A stretch of DNA of 64,000 nt, taken from Pseudomonas sp. Its GTDB lineage: Bacteria > Pseudomonadota > Gammaproteobacteria > Pseudomonadales > Pseudomonadaceae. The position numbers and the translations under genes are program-made. The stretch covers positions 77,390 through 141,389 of the forward strand of contig JAWSVF010000008.1 in the NCBI GenBank assembly GCA_033852045.1, read 5' to 3'. Shown here piece by piece: positions 1 to 11,759 of the stretch. Position 1 is the stretch's first letter. Every line of letters starts with the position of its first letter. The notes under the pieces were generated by a model. That model saw only the letters and a program-made list of their open reading frames with translations, ran no database searches and had not been told where the DNA came from.

Positions 1-168
1 GACAAGGTACGCACTGATCCCCAGGCCCCGGGCGCCTATGGCGCGCGCATCACCTACGACATCCCCCTCAACACCGATCGACTGGCAGCGCGCAAGATGC
101 TGGACGCACTGCCCGACCATGTTGCTCCGAAAGAGCTTCCATCCGATCAGCAAGGAGTCACCCAATGA
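1..168 (+). CDS. 3' end of an unidentified CDS entering from upstream of the window
   Basis: Frame 1 is open from base 1 to TGA at 166-168. This stop overlaps (ATGA) the next start at 165. Only about 55 codons are visible and no family is recognisable. Confidence 0.4.
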   Translation, partial: DKVRTDPQAPGAYGARITYDIPLNTDRLAARKMLDALPDHVAPKELPSDQQGVTQ

Positions 169-893
169 GCCTTCCAGCGCCTATGCGCCCTACTCTTTAT
201 AGCGAGACCCTGCCAGGCGGCGGACATACCTCCTTCATTCTCAAGCGCGGTCAGTTACTGCGCATCACCGACCTTGAAGGTGGTGCCAATGTCAGCCTAA
301 TGCTCTTCAACGCCCATGAGAAAAGCGAGCGACTGAACCTGCCAGACAGCCTCAAGTGCCAACATACAGCCAAGCTCACTGCAGGCCACTGCCTGTACTC
401 CGACATGGGCCGGGTTCTGGCCGCCATCGTCACTGACACCTGCGGCTGGAGTGACAGCTTCGGGGGCGTGCTCAACGCTGAGGAGGTTCAGGAAAAATAT
501 GGTACAGGCAGCTATCAGGAACTACGTAACGGCTTCTTCCGCAACGGCATGGACAACCTGCTGGTTGAGATGGGCAAATGGAATCTCGGACTGGCGGATT
601 TACTGATGACGCTGAACCTGTTCAGCAAGGTGGCCGTGGATAACCAGGACCGCTTCGTTTTTCATTCCGGGAACTCTGCTGCGGGAGATCATATTGAGCT
701 CTACGCACCAATGGACACACTTGTGGTATTGACCGCGCTGCAACATCCGCTGGATCCCGCTCCCGCCTATGCACCCAAGCCGGTCCAGTTGGATTGGCAC
801 CAGGTAGCCGACGATGGCATCACCGTCCTGTGCCGCAAAACCCGCGCCGAAAACGTCCGCGGACTGCACAACACCGATCGCATCCACCTCTGA
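165..893 (+). CDS. DUF1989 urea-carboxylase-associated protein 1 (possible carboxyguanidine deiminase subunit)
   Basis: The 242 aa ORF has the typical DUF1989 N-terminus (LPGGGHTSFILKRGQLLRITDLEGGANVS). It is first of two paralogous ORFs directly upstream of a urea-carboxylase-type gene. Confidence 0.8.
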   Translation: MSLPAPMRPTLYSETLPGGGHTSFILKRGQLLRITDLEGGANVSLMLFNAHEKSERLNLPDSLKCQHTAKLTAGHCLYSDMGRVLAAIVTDTCGWSDSFGGVLNAEEVQEKYGTGSYQELRNGFFRNGMDNLLVEMGKWNLGLADLLMTLNLFSKVAVDNQDRFVFHSGNSAAGDHIELYAPMDTLVVLTALQHPLDPAPAYAPKPVQLDWHQVADDGITVLCRKTRAENVRGLHNTDRIHL

Positions 894-905
894 GGGGCTA
901 CAACC

Positions 906-1541
906 ATGTCATTGACCCACAGCGACAAGACTGCCGATACCGCCAGCCACATGGCCACTGTTGGCGCGGGCGAGCCCTTCATGCTCGACATAAAAGCCGG
1001 TCAGACCCTGCGTCTGCACGATCTGGAAGGCAACCAGGCAGTCGATACCCTGTTCTACAGCGCCAGCAACCCCCGCGAGCGTTATGACGTGCAACGCACC
1101 TTGCGCAAACAGAACAGCGTGTATCTGACCACCAACAGCGTGCTCTACAGCAATCTGGGCAAACCGATGCTGACCATCACAGCAGACACCTGCGGCCGCC
1201 ACGACACACTCGGCGGTGCCTGCGCCCAGGAAAGCAATACTGTGCGCTACGCACTCAACACGCGCTACATGCACAGCTGTCGCGACAACTTTCTACGTGC
1301 CTGCCTGCATGACGGCAGGCTCGGCAAGGCTGACATCAGCGCCAATATCAATTTCTTCATGAACGTGCCGGTAACCCCCGAGGGCGGTCTGACATTCGAA
1401 GACGGCATATCGGGCGCCGGCAAGTATGTAGAACTGATCGCCCATATGGACATCATCGTGCTGATCTCCAACTGCCCACAGTTGAACAATCCCTGTAACG
1501 GCTATAACCCGACACCGGCCCAGGTGCTGGTCTGGGACTGA
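906..1541 (+). CDS. DUF1989 urea-carboxylase-associated protein 2 (possible carboxyguanidine deiminase subunit)
   Basis: The 211 aa paralogue of the previous ORF (FMLDIKAGQTLRLHDLEGNQAVDTLFY ... GGACAQESN). It has the conserved position in urea carboxylase clusters. Confidence 0.8.
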   Translation: MSLTHSDKTADTASHMATVGAGEPFMLDIKAGQTLRLHDLEGNQAVDTLFYSASNPRERYDVQRTLRKQNSVYLTTNSVLYSNLGKPMLTITADTCGRHDTLGGACAQESNTVRYALNTRYMHSCRDNFLRACLHDGRLGKADISANINFFMNVPVTPEGGLTFEDGISGAGKYVELIAHMDIIVLISNCPQLNNPCNGYNPTPAQVLVWD

Positions 1542-1637
1542 AGCGCCGAAAGCTGGTTAAAAACTTGCTGCCGCAGGGACGACCCCGCGGAGTACAGAAT
1601 GGATAACCCAGGACGACCTGGCCGAGGAATATCCAAG

Positions 1638-4600
1638 ATGTTCGATACATTACTGATAGCCAACCGCGGTGCCATTGCCTGCCGGATCCTGCGAACCCTG
1701 AACGACCTCGAGGTCAAGGGTATTGCCGTCTACTCCGAAGCCGATGCGGCCAGTCTGCATATTCAGCAGGCTGATCAGGCGATCTCCCTTGGTGAGGGTG
1801 GCGCCACCGGTACTTACCTGGACGTGGACAAGATTCTGGCTGCGGCAAAACAGAGCGGCGCGACCGCCATCCACCCCGGCTATGGTTTTCTGTCTGAAAA
1901 TGCGGCATTCGCGGAGGCCTGTGAAGCCGCGGGCATTGCGTTCGTCGGTCCGACGCCCGAGCAATTACGTGTTTTCGGCCTGAAGCACACCGCAAGATCT
2001 CTCGCCAAGGAGCATGGCGTACCCATGCTCGAAGGTACCGACCTGCTCGACAGTCTGGAGTCGGCACTGGATGCTGCCGAACAGGTTGGTTACCCGGTCA
2101 TGCTCAAGAGCACCGCAGGCGGTGGCGGTATCGGCATGCGCGTGTGTTACACCGCAGCGGAGTTGAGCGAAGCCTTTGAGACGGTCAAGCGCCTCGGCCA
2201 GAATAACTTCAGCGATGCGGGTGTATTTATCGAAAAATACATCCAGCGGGCGCGTCATCTGGAGGTACAGGTTTTTGGTGACGGTCAGGGCGAGGTTCTG
2301 GCCCTGGGCGTGCGCGACTGCTCAGTGCAACGCCGTAACCAGAAGGTCATCGAGGAAACCCCCGCACCCAACCTGCCCGAAGGCATGGCAGAAGCGCTTT
2401 GTGAGGCAGCCATCCGCCTGGCCAGTGCCGTGCGCTACCGCAGCGCTGGCACGGTCGAGTTCGTCTATGACAGCGAGGCTGCGCAGTTCTACTTTCTCGA
2501 GGTCAATACCCGTCTGCAGGTCGAACATGGCGTAACAGAACAGGTCTGGGGCGTGGACCTGGTGAGTTGGATGATCCAGTTGGCCGCGGGCGATCTACCC
2601 CCGCTCTCCGAGCTTGGTGCCAACCTCAGCGCCAAGGGCCATGCCATCCAGGCACGAGTATATGCCGAAGATCCGGGTAGGGACTTCCAGCCCTGTCCCG
2701 GACTGCTTACCGCGGTCAACTTCCCAGCCGCAGATGGTCAGGCATTGCGTATTGATAGCTGGGTGGAGGCAGGCTGCGAAATTCCGCCCTACTTCGATCC
2801 GATGATCGCCAAGATCATCTGTTGGGAACCCACCCGCGAGCAGGCCAGCAACGCTTTGCATACCGCCCTTGGCGACACCCTGCTGTATGGCGTGGAGACC
2901 AACCGCGATTACCTGCGCCAGATACTCACCTTCACACCCTTCGCTACGGGCGAGCCCTGGACACGCTGCCTGGATGACCTGACCTACCATGCCAGCACCT
3001 TTGAAGTGGTAAGCGGCGGCACCCAGACCACGGTGCAGGACTTTCCCGGCCGCCTGGGTTACTGGTCGGTAGGGGTTCCACCCTCCGGGCCCATGGATAA
3101 TCTGGCTTTGCAGCTGGGCAACCGTCTGCTGGGCAATGCTCAGGACGCCGCCGGGCTGGAAATCACCATGAGCGGCCCCACTCTCATGTTCAATACTGAC
3201 GCCGTGGTTGCCGTCACCGGAGCCGATATACCGGTAATGCTCGACGGCATTGAACACCCGATGCACACCTGCCTGTGGGTGAAAGCCGGCACCCAACTGA
3301 GCATTGGTACCATCGCAGGGTCGGGAGCACGCAGCTACCTGAGCATCCGCGGCGGAATTCAGCTGCCCGACTATCTGGGTAGCAAAAGCACATTTACCCT
3401 GGGCCAGTTTGGTGGACATACCGGTCGCGCCCTGCGCGCTGGCGACGTATTGCACCTGGAAACGCTCACTGACAGCCACTGTGGCAGCGTACTACCATCC
3501 AGCTTACGCATAGAGCTACCAGAGGTACGTGAGGTACGCGTCATCTACGGCCCCCATGCCGCACCTGAATACTTTACCGAAAACTACATGCAGTGCTTCC
3601 TGGAAACCGAATGGGAAGTGCACTTCAACTCCAGCCGCACCGGTGTGCGTCTTATCGGACCGCGGCCGGAGTGGGTACGCGAGGACGGCGGTGAAGCTGG
3701 CCTGCATCCCTCCAATATTCACGACAACCCCTACGCCATAGGCGCGGTGGATTTCACCGGCGACATGCCTGTGATCCTGGGGCCCGACGGCCCCAGTCTT
3801 GGTGGCTTTGTTTGCCCGGTAACCATTATTGAGGCGGACCTGTGGCACATGGGCCAACTCAAGGCCGGCGATCGTATTCGTTTTGTCCCGGTCAGTCTGG
3901 AAACCGCGCGTGAGCTGGCCACCTCGCGCCAGAAGGATATCGCGCAGCTGAGTGCGCACTGCCCGGCATCGAGCACCCCGATCGCCCCCGAGTCACCCAT
4001 TGTTCTCGACATTGGTGATGAAGATACCCGGCTGGTCGCCAGATTATCAGGTGACACCCACCTGCTCCTGGAGATTGGCCAGCCAGAGCTTAATCTGGTG
4101 TTGCGCTTCCGTGGGCATGCCCTGATGCAGTCCCTGGAGGCGTTGCAGCTGGACGGCGTTCACGACCTGACGCCGGGAATCCGCTCGTTGCAAGTACACT
4201 ACCAACCCGAAACTCTGTCGATCGACCGGCTGTTACGGGTCGTGGAGGACGCGTGGGAGGACGTGTGCCAAACGCGCGATCTAAAGGTACCCTCTCGCAT
4301 AGTGCACCTGCCCCTGTCATGGGATGACCCAGCATGCCAACTGGCCATCGAAAAATACATGACCACCGTGCGCAAGGATGCACCCTGGTGTCCAAGCAAC
4401 CTGGAGTTCATTCGCCGAATCAACGACCTGCCAAACCTGGACGAGGTGTACCGCACCGTGTTCGAGGCCAGCTACCTGGTCATGGGTCTGGGCGACGTCT
4501 ATCTGGGTGCCCCGGTAGCCACTCCGCTGGATCCAAGACACCGCCTCGTTACCACCAAATACAACCCGGCACGCACCTGGACAGCAGAAAATTCGGTTGG

Positions 4601-5240
4601 CATCGGTGGGGCCTATATGTGCGTTTATGGCATGGAAGGACCAGGCGGCTATCAGTTCGTAGGCCGCACTTTGCAGATGTGGAATCGCTACAGGGAAGTT
4701 GAAGCCTTTGGCGGGCAGCCCTGGCTGCTCAGATTCTTCGATCAGATTCGCTTCTATCCAGTCACCGCCGACGAGCTAACGCAGATCCGCCGGGACTTTC
4801 CGTTGGGACGCCACACTCTCGAGATAGAGGAAACCGAACTGCATCTGAATGAGTATCAGTCTTTTCTGGAGCAGGAAGCCGACAGCATCCAGGCTTTCCG
4901 CACCCATCAAAAGGCTGCTTTCAATGCCGAGCGGGAACGCTGGATTGCCAACGGACAGGCCGATTACTCCAGTGAGGAGCCAACCGCAGACACGGGCGTC
5001 GATTTGCCCTTACAGGCTGGGCAGCAGGGAGTAGAAAGTCATATAGCCGGCAATCTGTGGCAGGTTCAAGTCGCTGAAGGCGCCCAGGTCAAGGCGGGTG
5101 ACGTGCTGGTAATACTCGAGTCCATGAAAATGGAGATCCCCCTGCTTGCGCCCTGCGACGGGGTGGTTGCCTCCGTGCACGTCCAGCCGGGTTCACCGGT
5201 AAAAGCCGGCCAGCGAGTCATGGTTCTGGAGGCGGATTAG
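1638..5240 (+). CDS. Urea carboxylase family biotin-dependent carboxylase (urea or guanidine carboxylase)
   Basis: - N-terminal biotin carboxylase/ATP-grasp domain (MFDTLLIANRGAIACRI..., KSTAGGGGIGM).
- Central allophanate-hydrolase-subunit-like (KipA/KipI-type) carboxyltransferase region.
- C-terminal biotinyl domain with the ESMKME motif.
- Start moved to the ATG at 1638, which has a GAGGA Shine-Dalgarno sequence. Confidence 0.9.
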   Translation: MFDTLLIANRGAIACRILRTLNDLEVKGIAVYSEADAASLHIQQADQAISLGEGGATGTYLDVDKILAAAKQSGATAIHPGYGFLSENAAFAEACEAAGIAFVGPTPEQLRVFGLKHTARSLAKEHGVPMLEGTDLLDSLESALDAAEQVGYPVMLKSTAGGGGIGMRVCYTAAELSEAFETVKRLGQNNFSDAGVFIEKYIQRARHLEVQVFGDGQGEVLALGVRDCSVQRRNQKVIEETPAPNLPEGMAEALCEAAIRLASAVRYRSAGTVEFVYDSEAAQFYFLEVNTRLQVEHGVTEQVWGVDLVSWMIQLAAGDLPPLSELGANLSAKGHAIQARVYAEDPGRDFQPCPGLLTAVNFPAADGQALRIDSWVEAGCEIPPYFDPMIAKIICWEPTREQASNALHTALGDTLLYGVETNRDYLRQILTFTPFATGEPWTRCLDDLTYHASTFEVVSGGTQTTVQDFPGRLGYWSVGVPPSGPMDNLALQLGNRLLGNAQDAAGLEITMSGPTLMFNTDAVVAVTGADIPVMLDGIEHPMHTCLWVKAGTQLSIGTIAGSGARSYLSIRGGIQLPDYLGSKSTFTLGQFGGHTGRALRAGDVLHLETLTDSHCGSVLPSSLRIELPEVREVRVIYGPHAAPEYFTENYMQCFLETEWEVHFNSSRTGVRLIGPRPEWVREDGGEAGLHPSNIHDNPYAIGAVDFTGDMPVILGPDGPSLGGFVCPVTIIEADLWHMGQLKAGDRIRFVPVSLETARELATSRQKDIAQLSAHCPASSTPIAPESPIVLDIGDEDTRLVARLSGDTHLLLEIGQPELNLVLRFRGHALMQSLEALQLDGVHDLTPGIRSLQVHYQPETLSIDRLLRVVEDAWEDVCQTRDLKVPSRIVHLPLSWDDPACQLAIEKYMTTVRKDAPWCPSNLEFIRRINDLPNLDEVYRTVFEASYLVMGLGDVYLGAPVATPLDPRHRLVTTKYNPARTWTAENSVGIGGAYMCVYGMEGPGGYQFVGRTLQMWNRYREVEAFGGQPWLLRFFDQIRFYPVTADELTQIRRDFPLGRHTLEIEETELHLNEYQSFLEQEADSIQAFRTHQKAAFNAERERWIANGQADYSSEEPTADTGVDLPLQAGQQGVESHIAGNLWQVQVAEGAQVKAGDVLVILESMKMEIPLLAPCDGVVASVHVQPGSPVKAGQRVMVLEAD

Positions 5241-5267
5241 CCTGGTAAAAGGGTCAGGCCGTGATGT

Positions 5268-6119
5268 TTACTTCGCGGCCTTGCCCAAGGCAATCTGATA
5301 AAGACGGTTTTTCTTCTGTCCGGTTATCCTGGCAGCCAGCGCCGAGGCCTGCTTTACCGGCAATTCCTCGAGCAGCAAATCGAGCACCCGTTCGGCTTCA
5401 GGATCCAGCCCCTCGTCCTCATTGCGTGGTGGCATCGCTTCAACCACCAGCACGCACTCTCCACGCTGCTGATCGCTATCGGCCCGCACCCACTCGACCA
5501 GCTCGGAAATGGGCGCACCCCGGATGGTCTCGAAGGTCTTGGTCAATTCCCTGGCCAGCACAACCTGTCGCTGCGGCCCAAGGATATCCAGCATATCTTC
5601 CAGGCACTCGAGCAACCGATGCGGCGCTTCGTAAAGCATCCAGGTTCGAGGCTCGCTGGACAAAGCCTGCAGACGCTGACGACGACCGCTGGCTTTTGCC
5701 GGAAGGAACCCTTCGAATGCAAAGCGGTCAGAAGGCAGACCTGCGGCACTCAGCGCCGCGACCAGAGCACAGGGCCCAGGTACGGGACAAACCCGCACAC
5801 CGGCTTCCCGAGCGGCACGGACAAGATGGTAGCCGGGATCGGAAATCAACGGTGTACCTGCGTCCGAGATCAGCGCCATATCTTCACCGGCGAGCATGCG
5901 CTCTACCAGCCTGGCGCTCTTGTCGCGCTCGTTATGGTCATGGCAGGCCGTAGTGGGTGTCGAAATACCGAAATGTTGGAGCAGGCGGCCGCTGTGACGG
6001 GTATCCTCTGCAGCAATAAGTCCGACGTTAGCAAGCACCTCCAGCGCCCGCGGAGTCATGTCCTGAAGGTTGCCGATGGGGGTGGCAACAATGAAAAGCG
6101 TACCGGTAGATGTGGCCAT
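5268..6119 (-). CDS. rsmI: 16S rRNA (cytidine1402-2'-O)-methyltransferase RsmI
   Basis: The 283 aa ORF has tetrapyrrole-methylase-fold motifs ([42 protein letters not shown]). It is divergent from lpoA as in E. coli and Pseudomonas. Confidence 0.9.
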   Translation of the reverse strand: MATSTGTLFIVATPIGNLQDMTPRALEVLANVGLIAAEDTRHSGRLLQHFGISTPTTACHDHNERDKSARLVERMLAGEDMALISDAGTPLISDPGYHLVRAAREAGVRVCPVPGPCALVAALSAAGLPSDRFAFEGFLPAKASGRRQRLQALSSEPRTWMLYEAPHRLLECLEDMLDILGPQRQVVLARELTKTFETIRGAPISELVEWVRADSDQQRGECVLVVEAMPPRNEDEGLDPEAERVLDLLLEELPVKQASALAARITGQKKNRLYQIALGKAAK

Positions 6120-6270
6120 GACAAATCTCGATCAAGGTGTGGTCACTATTGTACAGGACGTGATCCAGTACATGGCGCGAGCCCTGCCCCTTGGTTACAA
6201 TGCTGCAGATAACTTCTGCAAGAAATCCAACGGGACACATCACGTGTCCCTTGCGTAAGGATACCGCTGC

Positions 6271-8090
6271 ATGCCCTGCAATAAACGCCTGCCAATACTG
6301 TCGTTGGCACTCGCCGTGCTGCTTGTCGGCTGCGCCAGTCCACCCCAGAGTCTCAGCGAGCTTCCGCGCACGCCACAGGCATCCGCAGAAAAAATACTCG
6401 CCGATGCAGACAAGTATTCCGGGGCTGAAGCCAATCTATTGCGTCTTTACGCGGCGCAGGCAGCAAGCGACGCTGACCGGCCGGAGCAGGTCCTGTCGAT
6501 TCTCCAGCGTGTACCGCAAAGCGAACTGCCACTGGATCAGCAGGTACGGTTCAGCACACTCCAGGCCCGAAGCGCCCTTGCGCTAAAAAGACCGGAAATG
6601 GCGCTGCGTGCCCTGAGGCACCCCTCCATGAGCCAGATCGATAGCCTGCCGCTGACCGATCAGGTCGCAATCCAGCGCCTGCGCGTGTTGGCCTTGGGTG
6701 CTACCGGGGAGCCTCTTAAAGCCGCCCGTGAGCGTGTATTCATGCATGGTGTCCTATCCGGCGGTGAGCGTAACGCGAACCTTTTGGCTATCTGGGACAA
6801 CCTGCAGCAAGTGCCAACAGCGGAGCTTACAAAAGCAGCAGAGAGTGCCGACGGCGAGCTGCGCAGCTGGATTGAGCTGGCTCTGATCCAACGGGAATTT
6901 CGTAATATCGATCTACAGGTGCAGGCAATCAAGGCATGGAGAGAGCAGAACAGCGCCCATCCCGCCGCACAACCACTCCCGGACTCCATTCAGCAGTTGC
7001 TGGAGCTACACGCCAGCCGCCCCCAGCACATAGCCCTGTTATTGCCCTTCGAAGGGCCACTGGCCAGCGCTGCAGAAGCACTGCGCGATGGCTTCCTGGC
7101 CGCCCAATACCAGGCTCAGAGCAAGGGGCTGGATCAACCCCGAGTCAGCCTGTATGACAGTACCGCCTACGCCAACCTTGATCAGTTCTATGCCCAGGCC
7201 GTCGCTGACGGCGTCGAGTGGGTGATCGGCCCGCTGGATCGCGAGCGCGTGGGTCGCCTAGCAACGCGCAGTTCTCTGCCAATACCCACCCTGGCCCTGA
7301 ACTATGCAGAGCGAGAAGGTCCCTATCCACAGGGCCTGTTTCAGTTCGGCCTGGCACCCGAGGACGAAGCTCGCTCAGCAGCCATGCAGGCCTGGGAGCA
7401 GGGTCATCGGCAGATGGGCGCACTGCACACAACTACTGACTGGGGTGTTCGGGCCTATGAGTCGTTCCGACGTACTTGGGAAGAAATGGGCGGCGTTCTG
7501 GTAGGTCGCGTGGTGATTGACCAGCCGGCAGAGATTTCTGGCCAGATTGCCGATCTGTTGCAGATACGTCAGAGCGAACAGCGAGGACAGCGTGTTTCCA
7601 GAGCGCTCGACGGCAACGTTGTGGTCCAACCTACACCGCGCCAGGATCTTGATGCCCTGTTTATCGCCGTCAATCCTCAACAGGCCCGCCAGATCAAACC
7701 TACCCTGGCATTCCAGTACGCTGCTGACCTGCCGGTCTTCGCAACCTCCCACGTATACCAGGTGGGTCTTGATGGACAGCAAAATACCGATATGGATGGC
7801 ATAGTGGTTGCCGAGATCCCATGGCTACTGACCCGTGAAGATGCACTTTACAGTCAGGTCACCAACAATTGGCCCCAAGCCCAGGGTCCGCTGGGTCGCC
7901 TGTATGCCATGGGCATCGATGCTCAACGCATTTTTTCGCGCCTGCCACAGATGCAGCAATTTTCCAGCACCCGAGTTGATGGCGCCACGGGCGAGCTCAC
8001 CTTGTCCCCCGATGGTCGCATCCAACGCCAGCTAAGCTGGGGAGTAATGGAGCGCGGACAACTATCTGCCACCTCCTCCGTCCGGGTGCA

Positions 8091-8094
<4 letters not shown>
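6271..8094 (+). CDS. lpoA: Penicillin-binding protein activator LpoA (lipoprotein)
   Basis: - 607 aa with a lipobox (LLVGC).
- TPR-like N-terminal half and a periplasmic-binding-protein-like C-terminal half.
- Conserved rsmI/lpoA-yraN-diaA-BON neighbourhood. Confidence 0.85.
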
Positions 8095-9636
<1,542 letters not shown>

Positions 9637-9654
9637 ACTGAAACTTTCAGGGCA

Positions 9655-9697
9655 ACAAAAAACCCGGACCCACTTGCGTGAATGATCCGGGCTTTTT
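9655..9697. terminator. Bidirectional rho-independent terminator between the BON gene and sspB
   Basis: The stem CCCGGA (9663-9668) pairs with TCCGGG (9686-9691). It is flanked by an A-run upstream and a T-run downstream, between convergent genes. Confidence 0.55.
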
Positions 9698-9709
9698 GTG
9701 CTCCGATAA

Positions 9710-10132
9710 CTACTTGACGACTTTTAGAGAAGGCCTTTTGGCCTTTTCCTTTTTGGAAGAGTCGGCACTGGGTGCTGCATCGCCTTCAGAATCGTCAGTC
9801 GGCGGAACTGGTGAGGGCTCGACCTCAAACACCATTCCCTGCCCATTCTCGCGTGCATAAATAGCCATGACCGCCAGGGCAGGAATCCAGACCTGTTGAG
9901 CTACGCCGCCGAAACGACCGTCAAAAGTAATTCTGTCATTATCCATCTCCAAATGCCGAATCGCATTAGGAGAGAGATTAAGTACTATCTGACCAGCTTC
10001 AACAAAAGCATCCGGAACGCTGGTCTGCGGATACTGGGCGTTGACGAGCACATAGGGAGTGCAGTCGTTGTCCAATATCCATTCGTATAGCGCGCGTACC
10101 AAATAGGGTCGGCTTGAGCTCATCTGAGCCAT
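9710..10132 (-). CDS. sspB: ClpXP adaptor / stringent starvation protein B
   Basis: 140 aa with the N-terminus SSRPYLVRALYEWILDNDCTPYVLV and a C-terminal ClpX-binding tail (RPSLKVVK). Confidence 0.9.
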   Translation of the reverse strand: MAQMSSSRPYLVRALYEWILDNDCTPYVLVNAQYPQTSVPDAFVEAGQIVLNLSPNAIRHLEMDNDRITFDGRFGGVAQQVWIPALAVMAIYARENGQGMVFEVEPSPVPPTDDSEGDAAPSADSSKKEKAKRPSLKVVK

Positions 10133-10173
10133 GCGGGCCTCCTTCGGGGGGACACTGTTGGGATATGTGGGTG

Positions 10174-10803
10174 TTACTGCATTTCCTTTTCAGCAGCCGA
10201 CAGGCTCGCCAAAAAGCCCTCACGCTGGAAAATCCTGTCCATGTAATCCTGCAGCGGCTTGGCCTGTTTGGGTAATTCAACTCCCAGGATAGGCAAACGC
10301 CACAATATCGGAGCAATACAACAATCGACCAGGCTGAACTCCTCACTCATGAAGTAAGGCATCTCGGCAAAGACCGGTGCAACCCCGATCAAGCTCTCAC
10401 GTAGCTCCTTGCGGGCCTTGGTAGCGGCTGCAGCAGGCGTTTTGGGATTACTGATAGCATCAACCAGACCACACCAGTCACGCTGTACGCGGAACATCAG
10501 CAGACGGGTATTGGCACGAGCGACCGGGTACACGGGGAGCAATGGCGGATGCGGGAAACGCTCATCCAGGTACTCCATCATGATGTTTGGCTCATAGAGC
10601 ACAAGATCCCTGTCCAGCAGCGTGGGAACGGTGTTGTAAGGGTTGTTCTCCGCCAGTTCTTCCGGATGGTTATCGGGCTCGACGTTGATAACGTCGACGG
10701 TCACACCCTTTTCTGCCAGCACGATTCGTACGCGGTGACAGTAATGATCATTAGGATCGGAGAAAAAAGCCATCGAAGAACGCTTGTTGGCGGTAACGCC
10801 CAT
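10174..10803 (-). CDS. sspA: Stringent starvation protein A (GST-like)
   Basis: 209 aa with a GST fold ([21 protein letters not shown]). It lies upstream of sspB as in E. coli and Pseudomonas. Confidence 0.9.
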   Translation of the reverse strand: MGVTANKRSSMAFFSDPNDHYCHRVRIVLAEKGVTVDVINVEPDNHPEELAENNPYNTVPTLLDRDLVLYEPNIMMEYLDERFPHPPLLPVYPVARANTRLLMFRVQRDWCGLVDAISNPKTPAAAATKARKELRESLIGVAPVFAEMPYFMSEEFSLVDCCIAPILWRLPILGVELPKQAKPLQDYMDRIFQREGFLASLSAAEKEMQ

Positions 10804-10861
10804 AAATCAACCCTCATCCTGTAGCGGACTGCGGTAACAACAGATCACGCGAATGCGTGTG

Positions 10862-10894
10862 CATGAAAAAAGCAGGCCGATCAAAATGGCCTGC
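10862..10894 (-). terminator. Rho-independent terminator (minus strand)
   Basis: The stem GCAGGCC (10872-10878) pairs with GGCCTGC (10888-10894). On the minus strand it is followed by TTTTTT. Confidence 0.55.
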
Positions 10895-10924
10895 GATTAC
10901 TTATAAGTGGGGATTATACCCCAG

Positions 10925-10955
10925 AAACAAGAGCGCGCCCCAAAGGGCGCGCTGA
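10925..10955 (-). terminator. Hairpin/terminator just after the cytochrome c1 gene (minus strand)
   Basis: A GC-rich stem AGCGCGCCC / GGGCGCGCT with a 4-nt loop lies about 25 nt downstream of the petC stop. The trailing T-tract is only partial. Confidence 0.45.
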
Positions 10956-10976
10956 TTTGATCAACGAATCCGCTTA

Positions 10977-11759
10977 TCAGTGAATATCTCTCCAATATTC
11001 ACGCTTGAGCAAATAGGCGAATACAAAGAAGAACGCCAGGTACAGCAACACATATGTACCAATACGATGACGCTCAAGCTTGATCGGATCACCCGAATAA
11101 GCCAGGAACGCTGTCAGGTTGCGTATGGTGGTATCGAATTCTTCTTCGCTTTGCACACCAGTGCCTTCGACAACGGTGAGCACGTCACATTGCTTGTCCA
11201 TTACGGTATCACCGGTGAGCGGGTCTTTCTGGACTTTACCGTCTTCTTTCACAGGCATGGCCTTGCAGCCAATAACCTGACGACCTTGCAGTTCTTCCAA
11301 AACGTTCGGCATGGCCGAGTTTGGGAAGACCTTGTTGTTGACGCCAACTGGACGAGCCGGATCAATATAGAAGGTCTTGAGGTAGGTATAAATCCAGTCC
11401 TCACCGCGCACGCGGGCAACGTTGGTCAGGTCAGGCGGAGCAACACCAAGCCAGCGCTTGGAGTCCTCCGGCCGCATACCGTTCTTCATGTGCTCGCCAA
11501 TCAGTGCTGAAGACGGGAAAACCATATTCTCCATCATCAGGTCATTGGGAATACCAAGATCAGTCGCGACACGCTCATAACGCTGGTACTGAGTGGAGTG
11601 ACAACCCATGCAGTAATTGACGAACGTACGTGCGCCATCCTGCAGAGAAGCCTTGTCACGCAGATCAACGTCGGCTGACTCGAGTGGATATTCGGCACCT
11701 GCAGCCAGAACCACCGAGGGCACAAGGGCAAATACCAGTGCAATCAATTGCTTTTTCAT
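10977..11759 (-). CDS. petC: Cytochrome c1 subunit of the ubiquinol-cytochrome c reductase (bc1) complex
   Basis: - Signal peptide (MKKQLIALVFALVPSVVLAAGA).
- Haem motif CMGCHS.
- C-terminal TM anchor.
- Start trimmed to the ATG at 11759, which abuts the petB stop. The longer ORF would overlap petB. Confidence 0.85.
   Translation of the reverse strand: MKKQLIALVFALVPSVVLAAGAEYPLESADVDLRDKASLQDGARTFVNYCMGCHSTQYQRYERVATDLGIPNDLMMENMVFPSSALIGEHMKNGMRPEDSKRWLGVAPPDLTNVARVRGEDWIYTYLKTFYIDPARPVGVNNKVFPNSAMPNVLEELQGRQVIGCKAMPVKEDGKVQKDPLTGDTVMDKQCDVLTVVEGTGVQSEEEFDTTIRNLTAFLAYSGDPIKLERHRIGTYVLLYLAFFFVFAYLLKREYWRDIH

Noticed and set aside
5261-5953. 230 aa plus-strand ORF
   Set aside because: It is antisense to rsmI. 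The Pro/Arg/Ala-rich translation is typical of an off-frame GC-rich reading.
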